DNA from: Methylophilus rhizosphaerae | GTDB taxonomy: Bacteria > Bacteroidota > Bacteroidia > Chitinophagales > Chitinophagaceae | Length of the DNA stretch: 64,000 nt | Assembly: GCA_943370285.1 (NCBI GenBank) | Contig: CALRQJ020000001.1 | Location: forward strand, 98,276 to 162,275 | Reading direction: 5' to 3' | Shown here: one piece after another, positions 1 through 10,160 of the stretch | Numbering within the stretch: position 1 is the stretch's first letter | Layout of the letters: the number at the start of each line of letters is the position of its first letter | Position numbers and translations under genes: made by a program | Notes under the pieces: model-generated | Seen by the model: only the letters and a program-made list of their open reading frames with translations | Databases searched by the model: none | What the model was told of the DNA's origin: nothing

Positions 1-1
1 A

Positions 2-445
2 CAGGTTGGATTTTCACCCGTTGAAATCACCACCATTGCATCTATAGTTGAAGAAGAAACCAACAAACACGACGAAAAAGGAAATGTAGCTAGTGTCTAT
101 ATCAATCGTTTAGCTAAAGGCATGAATTTGGGTGCTGACCCCACTGTAAAATTTGCTTTGAAAGATTTTGCATTAACTCGTATTTATTATAAACACTTGA
201 GCGTAGCATCGCCTTATAACACCTATCGTAATAAAGGTTTACCACCAGGGCCGATATGTACACCGTCAAAAATTAGTATCGATGCTGTATTGAATGCTCC
301 TAAAACAGATTATATCTTTTTTGTAGCTAAGAGTGATTTCAGTGGATATCATCATTTCAGCAGTAACTTCGCAGAACATGACCGTTATGCTAAAATTTAT
401 CAGCAAGCATTAACGGAGTGGATGGAACGCAAACAAAAAAAATAA
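2..445 (+). CDS. mltG: Endolytic murein transglycosylase MltG/YceG family, C-terminal part (5' end lies outside the window)
   Basis: The frame is open from nt 2. The translation ...IASIVEEETNKHDEKGNVASVYINRLAKGMNLGADPTV...GLPPGPICTPS... matches the conserved YceG/MltG core. Confidence 0.8.
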   Translation, partial: QVGFSPVEITTIASIVEEETNKHDEKGNVASVYINRLAKGMNLGADPTVKFALKDFALTRIYYKHLSVASPYNTYRNKGLPPGPICTPSKISIDAVLNAPKTDYIFFVAKSDFSGYHHFSSNFAEHDRYAKIYQQALTEWMERKQKK

Positions 446-446
446 G

Positions 447-1421
447 TTGAATAAATTAGAACGCATTGTATACACCTCAAGACCCGTTGTCTTTATTAGC
501 AATAAAGCCAAAGAGATTATTTTACCGGGTTTTTATGGCGTTCCGCTTTACGATGTATTGAAGTTTTTTTTTAAGCAAATAAATACGGTTGGCATTGAAG
601 AAAGAGCTGCTGCTATTTCGTTCAACTTTATTATGGCAATACCTGCTGCTACTATCTTTTTGTTTACGCTGGTGCCTTACCTTCCTATTGCTCAACAATT
701 TACAGAGGAGATACTAAAACTTACGAGAGATTTAACGCCCAATCAAAATACTTATCGTTTGGTTAGCGGGTTTTTAGATGATTTTTTTAATCGACCCAGA
801 AATGCTTTACTGTCGTTTGGTTTTTTATTGGCCATCTATTACTCTTCAAACGCCATGATGGGAGTTATCCGCACATTTGATAAATCGATTTATGAAGAAT
901 CTAAAACTGGATTTTTCATTCAAAGGAAAAGGGCTATACTGCTGACTTTAATCATGATTACACTTGTAATCGGCACTGTACTTATTTTATTAGGCCAAGA
1001 TGCTTTATTCAAATTTTTAATGAAATGGCTTCACATCAAAAACAAAGAGGTTCGTTGGTGGATATTAAATTTACGTTGGCTATTTATCTTACTTTTCTTT
1101 TTCTATGGCATTGCTTTAACGTATAAATATGCACCATCGGTAAAAGAACGTTGGAATTTAAATTCTCCCGGCTCATTGCTGGCTACTTTTCTCACTATCA
1201 TCACCACAATATTATTCTCTTGGTGGGTAAATAATTTTAGCAACTACAACAAAATTTATGGGTCTATCGGAACATTATTGCTATTGATGTTGTTAATCTA
1301 CATCAACTCTTTGGTTCTTTTGGTAGGCTTTGAATTAAATGTAAGCATTACAAAACTTAAAGCTGAAGCTTATCAGCGTAAACTAAAAGAGATGGGTGGT
1401 TTGGAAGAACCAAAAATCTGA
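447..1421 (+). CDS. YihY/BrkB family inner-membrane protein
   Basis: 324 aa with about 6 TM segments. TTG start 1 nt after the mltG stop. Overall resemblance to YihY (former RNase BN) family proteins. Confidence 0.7.
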   Translation: MNKLERIVYTSRPVVFISNKAKEIILPGFYGVPLYDVLKFFFKQINTVGIEERAAAISFNFIMAIPAATIFLFTLVPYLPIAQQFTEEILKLTRDLTPNQNTYRLVSGFLDDFFNRPRNALLSFGFLLAIYYSSNAMMGVIRTFDKSIYEESKTGFFIQRKRAILLTLIMITLVIGTVLILLGQDALFKFLMKWLHIKNKEVRWWILNLRWLFILLFFFYGIALTYKYAPSVKERWNLNSPGSLLATFLTIITTILFSWWVNNFSNYNKIYGSIGTLLLLMLLIYINSLVLLVGFELNVSITKLKAEAYQRKLKEMGGLEEPKI

Positions 1422-1450
1422 TCGAATTTTAGCACATAAAAATAAAAATC

Positions 1451-2062
1451 ATGAAAAAATTGATTATTGCCACATTGATGATAGTGGTATGTAGTTTGAC
1501 TGTAATGGCTCAAAACATTCAGCCCATTGCAAACGGCAGTAGCATACCTATGGCAGATGTAAGTATGACATCTGTAAATGGAAATGCTGTAGCCATTAAA
1601 GATGTAATGGGCAAGAATGGCGTATTGGTGATGTTTAGTTGTAATACTTGTCCGTATGTGGTTAGATATGAAAGCCGAATTTTGAATACCATCGCATTAG
1701 CCAAAGCACAAGGGCTTGGTGTCATCATCATTAATGCTAATGAAGCGTTAAGAACTGAAGACGATTCTTTTGACGCCATGAAAGTTTACGCCACTAAACA
1801 AGGTTTTACTGTACCCTATGTAGTGGATAGAGATTCCAAAGTGGCTAATGCTTTTGGTGCTACTCGTACACCGGAATGCTTTTTATTTAACAATGAAAGT
1901 AAGCTTATCTATCATGGTGCAATTGATGATAATGCTAACGACGCCAATGCAGTAACTCGAATTCATATAAAAGAAGCAATTACTGAATTAATAAGTGGCA
2001 AAGCCATTAGTGTTAAAGAATCGAGAAGTGTAGGCTGTACCATCAAGCGAAAAGAAAACTAA
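1451..2062 (+). CDS. Secreted thioredoxin-fold (redoxin/TlpA-like) protein
   Basis: N-terminal signal peptide and a CxxC motif (CNTCPY) in a thioredoxin-fold context. Confidence 0.65.
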   Translation: MKKLIIATLMIVVCSLTVMAQNIQPIANGSSIPMADVSMTSVNGNAVAIKDVMGKNGVLVMFSCNTCPYVVRYESRILNTIALAKAQGLGVIIINANEALRTEDDSFDAMKVYATKQGFTVPYVVDRDSKVANAFGATRTPECFLFNNESKLIYHGAIDDNANDANAVTRIHIKEAITELISGKAISVKESRSVGCTIKRKEN

Positions 2063-2086
2063 TACATTCCATTTTTCAAAACAATC

Positions 2087-2116
2087 AACCCACCTACAAT
2101 CGGTGGGTTTTATATT
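2087..2116 (+). terminator. Rho-independent terminator candidate
   Basis: AACCCACC (2087-2094) pairs with GGTGGGTT (2102-2109) around a 7-nt loop, followed by TTATATTT. Confidence 0.5.
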
Positions 2117-2122
2117 TGCAGC

Positions 2123-2473
2123 ATGATTACGATTTACGGCATTCCCAATTGTGATACCATCAAAAAAACAATAGATTGGTTCAATCAACATAAGATCAGT
2201 TTTACATTTCATGATTATAAGAAACAAGGAATAAGTACTGCTACGCTTAACAATTGGTGTAAACAAGTTGGGTGGGAAAAATTATTTAATAAAAGATCAA
2301 CTACTTGGAAAGCTCTCAATTCACCAACACCCATTTCTGTTAATACTGAAAAAGAAGCGATTGCAATCATGGCAATCCATCACAGTATTATCAAACGTCC
2401 GGTGATAGAAAAAGATGGTAAAGTAGTGGCCGTTGGCTTTAAAGCGGATGAGTTGGCTGCAGCATTAAAATAA
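2123..2473 (+). CDS. ArsC/Spx/YffB family reductase-like protein
   Basis: The N-terminus MITIYGIPNCDTIKKTIDWF...HDYKK is the typical ArsC-family thioredoxin-like start. 116 aa. Confidence 0.8.
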   Translation: MITIYGIPNCDTIKKTIDWFNQHKISFTFHDYKKQGISTATLNNWCKQVGWEKLFNKRSTTWKALNSPTPISVNTEKEAIAIMAIHHSIIKRPVIEKDGKVVAVGFKADELAAALK

Positions 2474-2553
2474 TTTTTCCATTTTGTATGGAAAGTTTAT
2501 TGGCTGGCATCTAAGGGTAAATTGTCATTCCATTCACCCCAAAATCTCAGCTT

Positions 2554-2769
2554 ATGAATGCAAGTTCAAAATTGCTGCAACATGCCATTGTTATTGGTGT
2601 TATTGGCCTCAACAGTTATGCCTTGGCAAGAGCAATTAAGTATGAAAGTTATATCGGTATTCTATTGGCTTTAGCAGGATTTACCGTGCTATTTTATGTA
2701 GTAAGCATATTTAGAAAAATCCGCAAACTCGAAGAAGGAACAGAACAGGAAGAACAACTATTCGATTAG
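2554..2769 (+). CDS. Small hypothetical membrane protein
   Basis: 71-aa ORF with two hydrophobic segments. No recognisable family. Confidence 0.3.
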   Translation: MNASSKLLQHAIVIGVIGLNSYALARAIKYESYIGILLALAGFTVLFYVVSIFRKIRKLEEGTEQEEQLFD

Positions 2770-3246
2770 TTTTTTCAGTTCTAGCTCAAATCTGGCTTCG
2801 GGTAATTGATGGTTGAAAAACTGTCTGTACTTTTTTGTGTTGTTTACAAATAAAGAAACAGGAATAGCGCCGCCCCAAGTAGAGTCTATTACCGGACAAA
2901 ATTTATCCGCATTGGTTTCATCTAACCAAACTACTTGGCTGGTGTACCCTTTTTCTTTTACAAAAGCTGTTAGGCTTTTAGGAAAATCTTCCGGAAAATC
3001 TAGACTGATCAATATTATCCTCACTTTACTGTCTTTGTATTTTGAAACGATAGATTCGAACCAAGGAATTTCTCTTACACAAGGACCGCACCAAGTTGCC
3101 CACATGTTTACAATCAGTGGAACTGTAGCTGTATCAATCATTTGTTGAACATCTGAAATCTTCACTTTTTTGATATCCTGTGCATGAACACTACTTACAT
3201 GCAACAATGCATAAAAGAGAATGAGCAATAGTTTTTTCATATCCAT
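2758..3246 (-). CDS. TlpA-like thiol:disulfide oxidoreductase (secreted thioredoxin)
   Basis: Signal peptide plus the WCGPC active-site motif (WATWCGPCVREIP). Confidence 0.8.
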   Translation of the reverse strand: MDMKKLLLILFYALLHVSSVHAQDIKKVKISDVQQMIDTATVPLIVNMWATWCGPCVREIPWFESIVSKYKDSKVRIILISLDFPEDFPKSLTAFVKEKGYTSQVVWLDETNADKFCPVIDSTWGGAIPVSLFVNNTKKYRQFFNHQLPEARFELELKKLIE

Positions 3247-3249
3247 TTT

Positions 3250-3831
3250 TTATTGCAATCCCCATTCTTCCTTTAACAAGGTTTGTCTTTCAGAAGAAAG
3301 AGAATTATTATCATAGTGCCCCGCCTCATTTTTTTGACGGTACGCTTCATAAATACTTACGGCACAAGCTACAGAGATGTTTAAGCTTTTTATCATCCCT
3401 ATTTGTGGTATGATAAAGTTGCCATCAGCCATTGCCCTTATCTCATCACTCACTCCTTTTTTTTCATTGCCAAATACCAAGGCAACACTATCGGTAAAGT
3501 CAATGTCGTATAAACTAACAGCATCAGCCGAAAGGTGTGTGGTGTAAATTTTATTATACTTTTTTCTCAAATCAGCAATCAGCAATGTTGCATTATCATA
3601 TTGGTGAATCGTTAGCCATTTGTTGGCGCTGCTACTACTTTTAAAGCCAAATCTTTCATGTTTCGGAATTTTGGTAGTGAGTATATAGATATCCTGAATA
3701 CCTACAGCATCACAGGTACGCATAACGGCAGAAATATTATGCGGATCTTCTACATTTTCAATTACAACAGTCAAATTTGTTTGACGTTTACTGAGTACCT
3801 CTAATAATCTATTACTTCTTTCTTCTGTCAT
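3250..3831 (-). CDS. SpoU/TrmH family RNA 2'-O-methyltransferase
   Basis: SpoU motifs are present (VFGNEKKGVS, IPQIGMIKSLNISVACAVSIYE). The start was moved to the internal MTEERS... codon to avoid overlapping the upstream gene. Confidence 0.75.
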   Translation of the reverse strand: MTEERSNRLLEVLSKRQTNLTVVIENVEDPHNISAVMRTCDAVGIQDIYILTTKIPKHERFGFKSSSSANKWLTIHQYDNATLLIADLRKKYNKIYTTHLSADAVSLYDIDFTDSVALVFGNEKKGVSDEIRAMADGNFIIPQIGMIKSLNISVACAVSIYEAYRQKNEAGHYDNNSLSSERQTLLKEEWGLQ

Positions 3832-3835
3832 AATA

Positions 3836-5008
3836 TCAGCATTTTTCAAGTGCTTGAGTAATATCGTTGATGATATCCGCAGCATGCTCTAACCCTGCAG
3901 AAATACGAATTAGCCCAGGTGTAATATTTACAGCTAAACGTTCTTGTTCTGTAAGCTTTGCATGTGTAGTACTTGCAGGATGCGAAGCAATACTTCTTGT
4001 ATCGCCAAGATTTGCAGTAAGTGAAAGCAACTGTAAACTATCTAAGAATTGTCGGCCCGCTGCCAAGCCACCCTTCAATTCAAAACATACAATACCTCCC
4101 CCATTTTTCATTTGCTTCTTGGCAATATCATATTGTGGATGCGTTGGTAGAAATGGATATTTTAACCAAGCTATTTTTTCATGCTGCGATAAGGCTTCGG
4201 CTATTCGCAAGGCATTAGATGCATGGCGTTCCATCCGCACTTCTAACGTTTCAATACTCTTACTTAAAATCCATGCATTAAATGGAGATAAGGATGGACC
4301 AGTACTTCTGCAGAATAGAAAAATATCTTTAATCAAATCTTTTCTGCCCACTATTACACCGCCTAATACTCGACCCTGTCCATCCATCCATTTGGTAGCA
4401 GAATGAATAACCAAATCGGCACCAAAATCAACTGGTGTTTGGTTTACAGGTGTTGCAAAACAATTATCAACATTAAAAATGAGTTGGTATTTTTTTGCCA
4501 ATTGTCCTACCATCTCCAAATCAATAATATCTAATCCGGGATTGGTTGGCGATTCCAAATAAATCATTTTGGTATTGGGCTTGATAGCAGCCTCCCAAGT
4601 TGCCGCATCAGCATTGGCACTTACATAACTATACTCAATGCCGTATTTGGGTAAAAATTTTGAGATGACGGTATGTGTACTTCCAAAAATGGCATTGCAA
4701 CATAACAAATGATCGCCTTGTTTCAACAATGCCATAAACGATGCAAAAATGGCACTCATACCCGATGCAGTAGCAATGCCGGCTTCCGCACCTTCGAGCA
4801 AACAAATTTTGTCTACCAATTCTTGCACATTGGGATTACTAAAACGGCTGTAAATATTTGCGTCTGTTTCATCGGCAAATGCAGCCCTCATAGATTCAGC
4901 ATCATCAAAACAAAAACTACTCGTTAAAAATAATGGGGCAGCATGTTCCATCTCACTGGTTCTATCAACACTTGCTCTTATTGCTTTGGTTACCCGATGT
5001 TGTTCCAT
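3836..5008 (-). CDS. Cys/Met-metabolism PLP-dependent enzyme, O-succinyl/acetylhomoserine sulfhydrylase (MetZ-like)
   Basis: 390 aa with the PLP-lysine motif SATKWMDGQGR. Located close to metX. Confidence 0.8.
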   Translation of the reverse strand: MEQHRVTKAIRASVDRTSEMEHAAPLFLTSSFCFDDAESMRAAFADETDANIYSRFSNPNVQELVDKICLLEGAEAGIATASGMSAIFASFMALLKQGDHLLCCNAIFGSTHTVISKFLPKYGIEYSYVSANADAATWEAAIKPNTKMIYLESPTNPGLDIIDLEMVGQLAKKYQLIFNVDNCFATPVNQTPVDFGADLVIHSATKWMDGQGRVLGGVIVGRKDLIKDIFLFCRSTGPSLSPFNAWILSKSIETLEVRMERHASNALRIAEALSQHEKIAWLKYPFLPTHPQYDIAKKQMKNGGGIVCFELKGGLAAGRQFLDSLQLLSLTANLGDTRSIASHPASTTHAKLTEQERLAVNITPGLIRISAGLEHAADIINDITQALEKC

Positions 5009-5037
5009 ATAAAATTTATATAAAATAATATTTCAAA

Positions 5038-5457
5038 TTAATTAACGGTTACTTCCCAAGTAATGTTTGCTCCTGCTCTTCTCAACGTTTCTGCAACAGA
5101 ACAATATTTTTCAACACTCAAACTACAGGCTCTTTTTGCTTTCTCTACATCAACAGTCCCTGAAAGTTGAAAATTGATATGAATTGTTTTCCATAACGAG
5201 GGTTCTTTCCCCGGTTCTCTTTCACCATCAATTTGCATGCTGAAATTTGTTAGCAGCTGTTTTTGTTTTTTCAAAATCATCACCACATCAATACCGCTAC
5301 ATCCGCCTAAAGCCATCAACAACATTTGCATGGGTCTAACCCCATCTCCAACACCACCACTTTCTGCACTCGTATCTGTTAAAACCGAACGACCGTTAGC
5401 GTCAACAGCTTCAAATCCATAATCTCCACTAACTCTATTTAACGTAACTGAAATCAT
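5038..5457 (-). CDS. OsmC/Ohr family peroxiredoxin-like protein
   Basis: 139 aa with OsmC-like conserved Cys contexts (GGCSGIDV, KYCSVAETL). Confidence 0.7.
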   Translation of the reverse strand: MISVTLNRVSGDYGFEAVDANGRSVLTDTSAESGGVGDGVRPMQMLLMALGGCSGIDVVMILKKQKQLLTNFSMQIDGEREPGKEPSLWKTIHINFQLSGTVDVEKAKRACSLSVEKYCSVAETLRRAGANITWEVTVN

Positions 5458-5523
5458 TTACCGCTATTTTTTACAAATGTAAATCAACCAAACCTTTACT
5501 TTGCAACTCATTAGCATTCTAAT

Positions 5524-6549
5524 TTGATGGAATACTACAACCATAAATATCGTTTTGATTTGGAGAGTGGCGCATCACTACCTGAAATTACTATTGCCTA
5601 CAAAACCTATGGTCATTTAAATGCCGATAAATCGAATGTAGTATGGATTTGTCATGCCTTAACTGCTAATGCTGATGTTTGTGATTGGTGGCCGGGTGTT
5701 GTAGGCGAAGGCTGTGTAATCAACCCTTCGGAACATTTTATTGTTTGTGCCAACATTATGGCTTCTTGTTACGGCAGTACCGGACCATTAAGTATTAATC
5801 CATCAACAGAAAAACCTTACTACGATAGTTTTCCATTGATTACGATTAGAGATATGGTAAAAGCACATATCTTATTACGTCAACATTTGAATTTACCCTA
5901 CATTCATTTATTAGTAGGCGGAAGTTTGGGCGGCTATCAAGCATTAGAATGGGCAGTGTTAGAACAACAGCTTATTCGTCAACTTTTTTTATTGGCTACA
6001 TCACCTGCTGAAAGTGCATTTGGCATTGCGGTGCATACTGCACAACGATTAGCCATTGAAGCTGATGCTACTTGGCTTACCCATCAACCCAATGCAGGTA
6101 TTAAAGGATTAAAAGCAGCTAGGGCAGTTGGCATGCTTACTTATCGAAACTACGGAATATTAGTCCAGAAACAAACTGATACCGATACAGAAAAATTAGA
6201 CCAATTCAAAGCTTCATCTTATATCAACTATCAGGGCGATAAATTGGTGAACCGATTTAATGCATATAGTTATTGGCAACTAACAAAGTCAATGGATACG
6301 CATCATTTGGGCAGAGGAAGAGGCGGAAAAATTGAAAAGGTACTTGCAAGCATAAATATCCCAACATTAATAATTGGTATCAATAGCGATATTCTATGTC
6401 CGTTACAAGAGCAACAATTTATGGCCAAACATTTACCGCATGCAACATTGGTTGAAATAGATTCGGCCTACGGTCATGATGGGTTTATGGTAGAATCTGA
6501 AAAAATAAGTGCAGCATTGAAGCAATGGCAAGCACAAACAATTTTTTAA
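5524..6549 (+). CDS. metX: Homoserine O-acetyltransferase
   Basis: Alpha/beta hydrolase with the GGSLGG nucleophile elbow and the MetX-type N-terminus (...ITIAYKTYGHLN...VWICHALT). Confidence 0.85.
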   Translation: MMEYYNHKYRFDLESGASLPEITIAYKTYGHLNADKSNVVWICHALTANADVCDWWPGVVGEGCVINPSEHFIVCANIMASCYGSTGPLSINPSTEKPYYDSFPLITIRDMVKAHILLRQHLNLPYIHLLVGGSLGGYQALEWAVLEQQLIRQLFLLATSPAESAFGIAVHTAQRLAIEADATWLTHQPNAGIKGLKAARAVGMLTYRNYGILVQKQTDTDTEKLDQFKASSYINYQGDKLVNRFNAYSYWQLTKSMDTHHLGRGRGGKIEKVLASINIPTLIIGINSDILCPLQEQQFMAKHLPHATLVEIDSAYGHDGFMVESEKISAALKQWQAQTIF

Positions 6550-6567
6550 AAATCCTAACCTGTAATA

Positions 6568-7479
6568 GTGACCCAAACCAACAATACATTTTTCACCGGC
6601 GTAGCATTTGCGGTAATTGCTTGTTTAATTTGGTCGGGTAACTTCATTGTTGCTAAGGCTGTGGCTACAGAAATTCCACCAAGTGCATTGGCTTTTTATC
6701 GTTGGTTAACTGCTACTATTTGTATTGCCCCATTTGCTTATACTAAGTTTAAAGTGGAGTGGCCCATTGTACAGCAACATCGCAATTATTTGTTGATTAC
6801 TGCTTTCTTCGGATTTACTTGCTACAACTGCTTTTTATACATGGGGGCTCATTATACATCTGCCATTAATTTAGCACTGATTGGCACCACTTCTTCTCCT
6901 GTATTTGCAACGATACTTGCAGTAATGATGTTTAAAGAGAAGATTGGTTGGTTTAGAATTGTAGGCATGGCTGTTTGTTTAATTGGTATTGTATTGTTAT
7001 TATCCAAAGGCAGTTGGGAAAGATTAGCTCAATTTCATTTTTCTACCGGTGATATATTGACACTCTTAGGTGCATTGAGTTTTGCTTTCTATAACAATTT
7101 GGCCAAACGAAAACCTAGCAGTATGTCTAATATTAATTTCTTGTTTACCGGTTTTACTGCGGGAACCATTATGCTATTTCCATTTTTTATGGCGGAAAAT
7201 ATTTGGGTGGAGCAAACCACTACATGGAGTTGGAACATCGGCGCTGCCATCTTGTATTTAGGCATTGGTACTTCAATTCTGGCTTATTTGTTTTGGAATA
7301 AATCCATCCAAATTCTGGGGCCAAGTCGTACAGTGTTGTTTGGCAATTTAATTCCTATTTTCAGTAGTATAGAAGCAGTGTTATTATTAAATGAATCATT
7401 CACATTGATTCAAGGTATCAGCAGTATTATTGTATTAACGGGATTGATCATTGCTAATTTGTATTATAACAAACATTAA
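6568..7479 (+). CDS. DMT superfamily (EamA-like) transporter
   Basis: 303 aa with about 10 TM segments in two EamA-like halves. GTG start. Confidence 0.7.
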   Translation: MTQTNNTFFTGVAFAVIACLIWSGNFIVAKAVATEIPPSALAFYRWLTATICIAPFAYTKFKVEWPIVQQHRNYLLITAFFGFTCYNCFLYMGAHYTSAINLALIGTTSSPVFATILAVMMFKEKIGWFRIVGMAVCLIGIVLLLSKGSWERLAQFHFSTGDILTLLGALSFAFYNNLAKRKPSSMSNINFLFTGFTAGTIMLFPFFMAENIWVEQTTTWSWNIGAAILYLGIGTSILAYLFWNKSIQILGPSRTVLFGNLIPIFSSIEAVLLLNESFTLIQGISSIIVLTGLIIANLYYNKH

Positions 7480-8257
7480 ATTGGATACACAAACCATCAT
7501 CTTACTTTGTATTGCAGCATTTGCAGCAGGATTTGTTGATGCCATTGTTGGCGGAGGTGGCTTGATTCAGTTACCTGCAGCATTGATATTATTGCCGCAC
7601 CTTCCTGTTGCCAATGTGATTGGCTCATTAAAAATCCCTGCTTTCACAGGAACGAGTTTTGCTGCCTATCAATATGCCAAACAAGTAACATTGAATGTAA
7701 AATTATTAGTACTGATGTGCCTGTTGGCATTTAGTTGTTCTTTCGCCGGTAGCGAATTACTGACACTCGTCAGCAATAATTTTATGAAACCGGTGCTCTT
7801 AGTTGTGCTAACTTTTGTTGCCATTTATACTTTTCGCAAAAAGAATTTTGGACAACAAAGTCACAAAGAACATACCCCAACGCAACAATTATGGTACGGT
7901 GCAGCAATAAGTGTAGCTATTGGTTTTTATGATGGGTTTATTGGTCCCGGTGCCGGCAGCTTCTTAATCATGGCATTTATAGCCTTGATGGGTTTTGATT
8001 TTTTGCATGCTTCTGCCAATGCTAAAATGGTCAATTTGGCTACCAATTTTGGCTCTATCATGTTGTTTTTATTGAAAGGAAAAATCATTTGGGCCATTGC
8101 CATTCCGATGGCGGTAAGTAATGCCGTTGGCGGAATCATTGGTGCAAAATTGGCTATTGCCAAAGGCAACAAGTTTATCAGACTTTTTTTCTTGCTGGTG
8201 ATTATCGGCACACTCATTCGTTTTGGGTTCGATGTGTTGAAGTCTTTTTGGAATTAA
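7451..8257 (+). CDS. TSUP (TauE/SafE) family membrane transporter
   Basis: Multi-TM protein with the GFVDAIVGGGGLIQLP motif typical of TauE/SafE. The true start may be a few codons downstream, for example the TTG just after the upstream stop. Confidence 0.65.
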   Translation: MLICIITNIKLDTQTIILLCIAAFAAGFVDAIVGGGGLIQLPAALILLPHLPVANVIGSLKIPAFTGTSFAAYQYAKQVTLNVKLLVLMCLLAFSCSFAGSELLTLVSNNFMKPVLLVVLTFVAIYTFRKKNFGQQSHKEHTPTQQLWYGAAISVAIGFYDGFIGPGAGSFLIMAFIALMGFDFLHASANAKMVNLATNFGSIMLFLLKGKIIWAIAIPMAVSNAVGGIIGAKLAIAKGNKFIRLFFLLVIIGTLIRFGFDVLKSFWN

Positions 8258-8264
8258 AATTTTA

Positions 8265-8921
8265 CTACGTCACCACCCAAGCCAAAACCAATTGGTGCAT
8301 CATCTTATAGTGCAACTGCAAGTGTATTTGCTCATCAGGTGAAACAAAACTAGCGTTGAAGGCTCCTTCAGTCGAAAAATGAAAAGGCCCAATCTTCATC
8401 ATTTCACTAAAATCTACTTGGCCCAAACTCCACCATTTATACATGGCTTCTTTTGCACTCCATAACAGGGTAATTCCATCAACATCTTTTTTTGCTAGCG
8501 CTTCAGCAAACTGTTGTCGCTCTATAGGACTCAAAAATTTATGGGCAATCTTGAAGACCCTTGCCGTAGGCATCTCAATATCAATCCCTACTCTATGCGT
8601 ACTACTTACAACAGCTGCTGCGTAATCACCACAATGAGAAATAGAAAAATGGTATTGTTCATTTGCCAAATAAGGTTTACGGGTATCGGCTATTACAATT
8701 TCTCCGTAAGGAAAATCAGGAAACAAATAGCGCAACAAATACCGGGCTGCCAAATGCTGTAATCGTTTATGCGGATGGGTAATGTCACGCTGCAATGGCA
8801 CCGTTTTGGCAAAAAAGCTTTCGGATTCTTCTATCTTCCAAATGGCTAGTCTTGTGGTAGCGTTGATATTTTGTTGATAAAACAAGGGCATCAGCAAATT
8901 TGAGCAATTTGATTTATGCAA
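8265..8921 (-). CDS. 4'-phosphopantetheinyl transferase (Sfp type)
   Basis: VGIDIE and WSAKEAMYKW motifs of the PPTase superfamily. Confidence 0.75.
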   Translation of the reverse strand: MHKSNCSNLLMPLFYQQNINATTRLAIWKIEESESFFAKTVPLQRDITHPHKRLQHLAARYLLRYLFPDFPYGEIVIADTRKPYLANEQYHFSISHCGDYAAAVVSSTHRVGIDIEMPTARVFKIAHKFLSPIERQQFAEALAKKDVDGITLLWSAKEAMYKWWSLGQVDFSEMMKIGPFHFSTEGAFNASFVSPDEQIHLQLHYKMMHQLVLAWVVT

Positions 8922-9007
8922 ACAGATTTATTTATTTGCAAACCACAATTTATAGGCTATAAAACTTAGTTGTTTGTATTAGCTTTCCGTTTTTAAAATT
9001 TCGCATT

Positions 9008-9544
9008 ATGATTTTGACTGACAAACGTATTTTGGAAGAGATGGGAAAAGGAACCATTAAAATTGTGCCTTATAACCGAGCCGATTTAGGCAGCAATAGT
9101 TACGATGTACACCTTGGAAGTACGTTGGCGAAATATGTAGATGCAGAATTAGATGCCAAAAAGCATAACCAAATAGAGGCTTTTGAAATTCCCGATGAAG
9201 GCTTTGTACTGCATCCGCATGAATTTTACTTAGGCGTAACATTAGAATATACCGAAACCCATGCCCATGTTCCTTTTTTGGAAGGTAAATCATCTACCGG
9301 TCGTTTGGGAATTGACATTCATGCTACCGCCGGTAAAGGCGATGTAGGTTTTTGCGGCAATTGGACCTTGGAAATATCTGTAAAACAACCGGTTAGAATT
9401 TATAAAGGTATGCCGATTGGTCAGCTCATTTACTTTCCGGTAGATGGTGAAATTGAAATAAAATACAATCAAAAAGGCAATGCTAAGTACAGCGGTCAAC
9501 CTAACCGCCCTGTTGAAAGTATGATGTGGAAGAATAAGTTTTAA
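9008..9544 (+). CDS. dcd: dCTP deaminase
   Basis: 178 aa. The N-terminus MILTDKRILEEM... and the dUTPase-like fold motifs (GKSSTGRLGI) match dCTP deaminase. Confidence 0.85.
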   Translation: MILTDKRILEEMGKGTIKIVPYNRADLGSNSYDVHLGSTLAKYVDAELDAKKHNQIEAFEIPDEGFVLHPHEFYLGVTLEYTETHAHVPFLEGKSSTGRLGIDIHATAGKGDVGFCGNWTLEISVKQPVRIYKGMPIGQLIYFPVDGEIEIKYNQKGNAKYSGQPNRPVESMMWKNKF

Positions 9545-9602
9545 CAGCTGAGGGAGAAGTGTACTTATTTAAATTGACCTTCAAAATTTATTGGATGGCG
9601 GC

Positions 9603-10133
9603 TTAAGCATTTTGCTTTTCTTTTTCAATCATCCAATCGATAAAGTCATTCACATGCAACTCTTTTAGAGCGGCATAGACTTTTTTATCTTGATGAGCTT
9701 TTTCGGCCAACTCATATTTCATTGCTTGATATTTTACTCTTGCCCAATCATTTTTTATTAAAAAATCTCTCGATAATAGATGTCTTTCTAGCGCCTTACT
9801 GTGCTTAGGACAAACATAGAGATGGTGCATTATAACATCAAATACGACATGGCTACCGCTGTGGATTCTTTTAAATACCTCCCTGTCTTCAATGCCCTGG
9901 TTGCCGTTGTGGAAATAGCCTATTGATTCGAGTCTAGATTTTAACGAATCAAAATCTGATTGTTCAGCATAAACAACATCAATATCTATAATGGGTTTGG
10001 CATCCAAATGAGGAACAGCAGTACTACCTATATGTTCAATGGTACATACCATGCCGGTTAAGGCAATTTCTATCTCGTTTTTTAGCTTGTTGAAATCATT
10101 AACCCATTCTGGGGAATATTTTTTCAGTAGCAT
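9603..10133 (-). CDS. GrpB (UPF0157) family protein
   Basis: HIGSTAVPHLDAKPIIDIDV motif typical of GrpB nucleotidyltransferase-like proteins. Confidence 0.7.
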   Translation of the reverse strand: MLLKKYSPEWVNDFNKLKNEIEIALTGMVCTIEHIGSTAVPHLDAKPIIDIDVVYAEQSDFDSLKSRLESIGYFHNGNQGIEDREVFKRIHSGSHVVFDVIMHHLYVCPKHSKALERHLLSRDFLIKNDWARVKYQAMKYELAEKAHQDKKVYAALKELHVNDFIDWMIEKEKQNA

Positions 10134-10160
10134 AGTTGTTAGTGGTACTAAGTCATTTAA

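Noticed and set aside
3867-4406. 179-aa plus-strand ORF (and 4021..4218, 4709..4927) inside the MetZ-like gene
   Set aside because: It lies entirely antisense to a well-supported PLP-enzyme CDS. Its composition is low-complexity and Cys/Ser-rich, typical of shadow ORFs.
5458-5523. Looked for a SAM riboswitch upstream of metX
   Set aside because: The intergenic region is only 66 bp and has no multi-helix structure or conserved SAM-I/II-like blocks that I can see.
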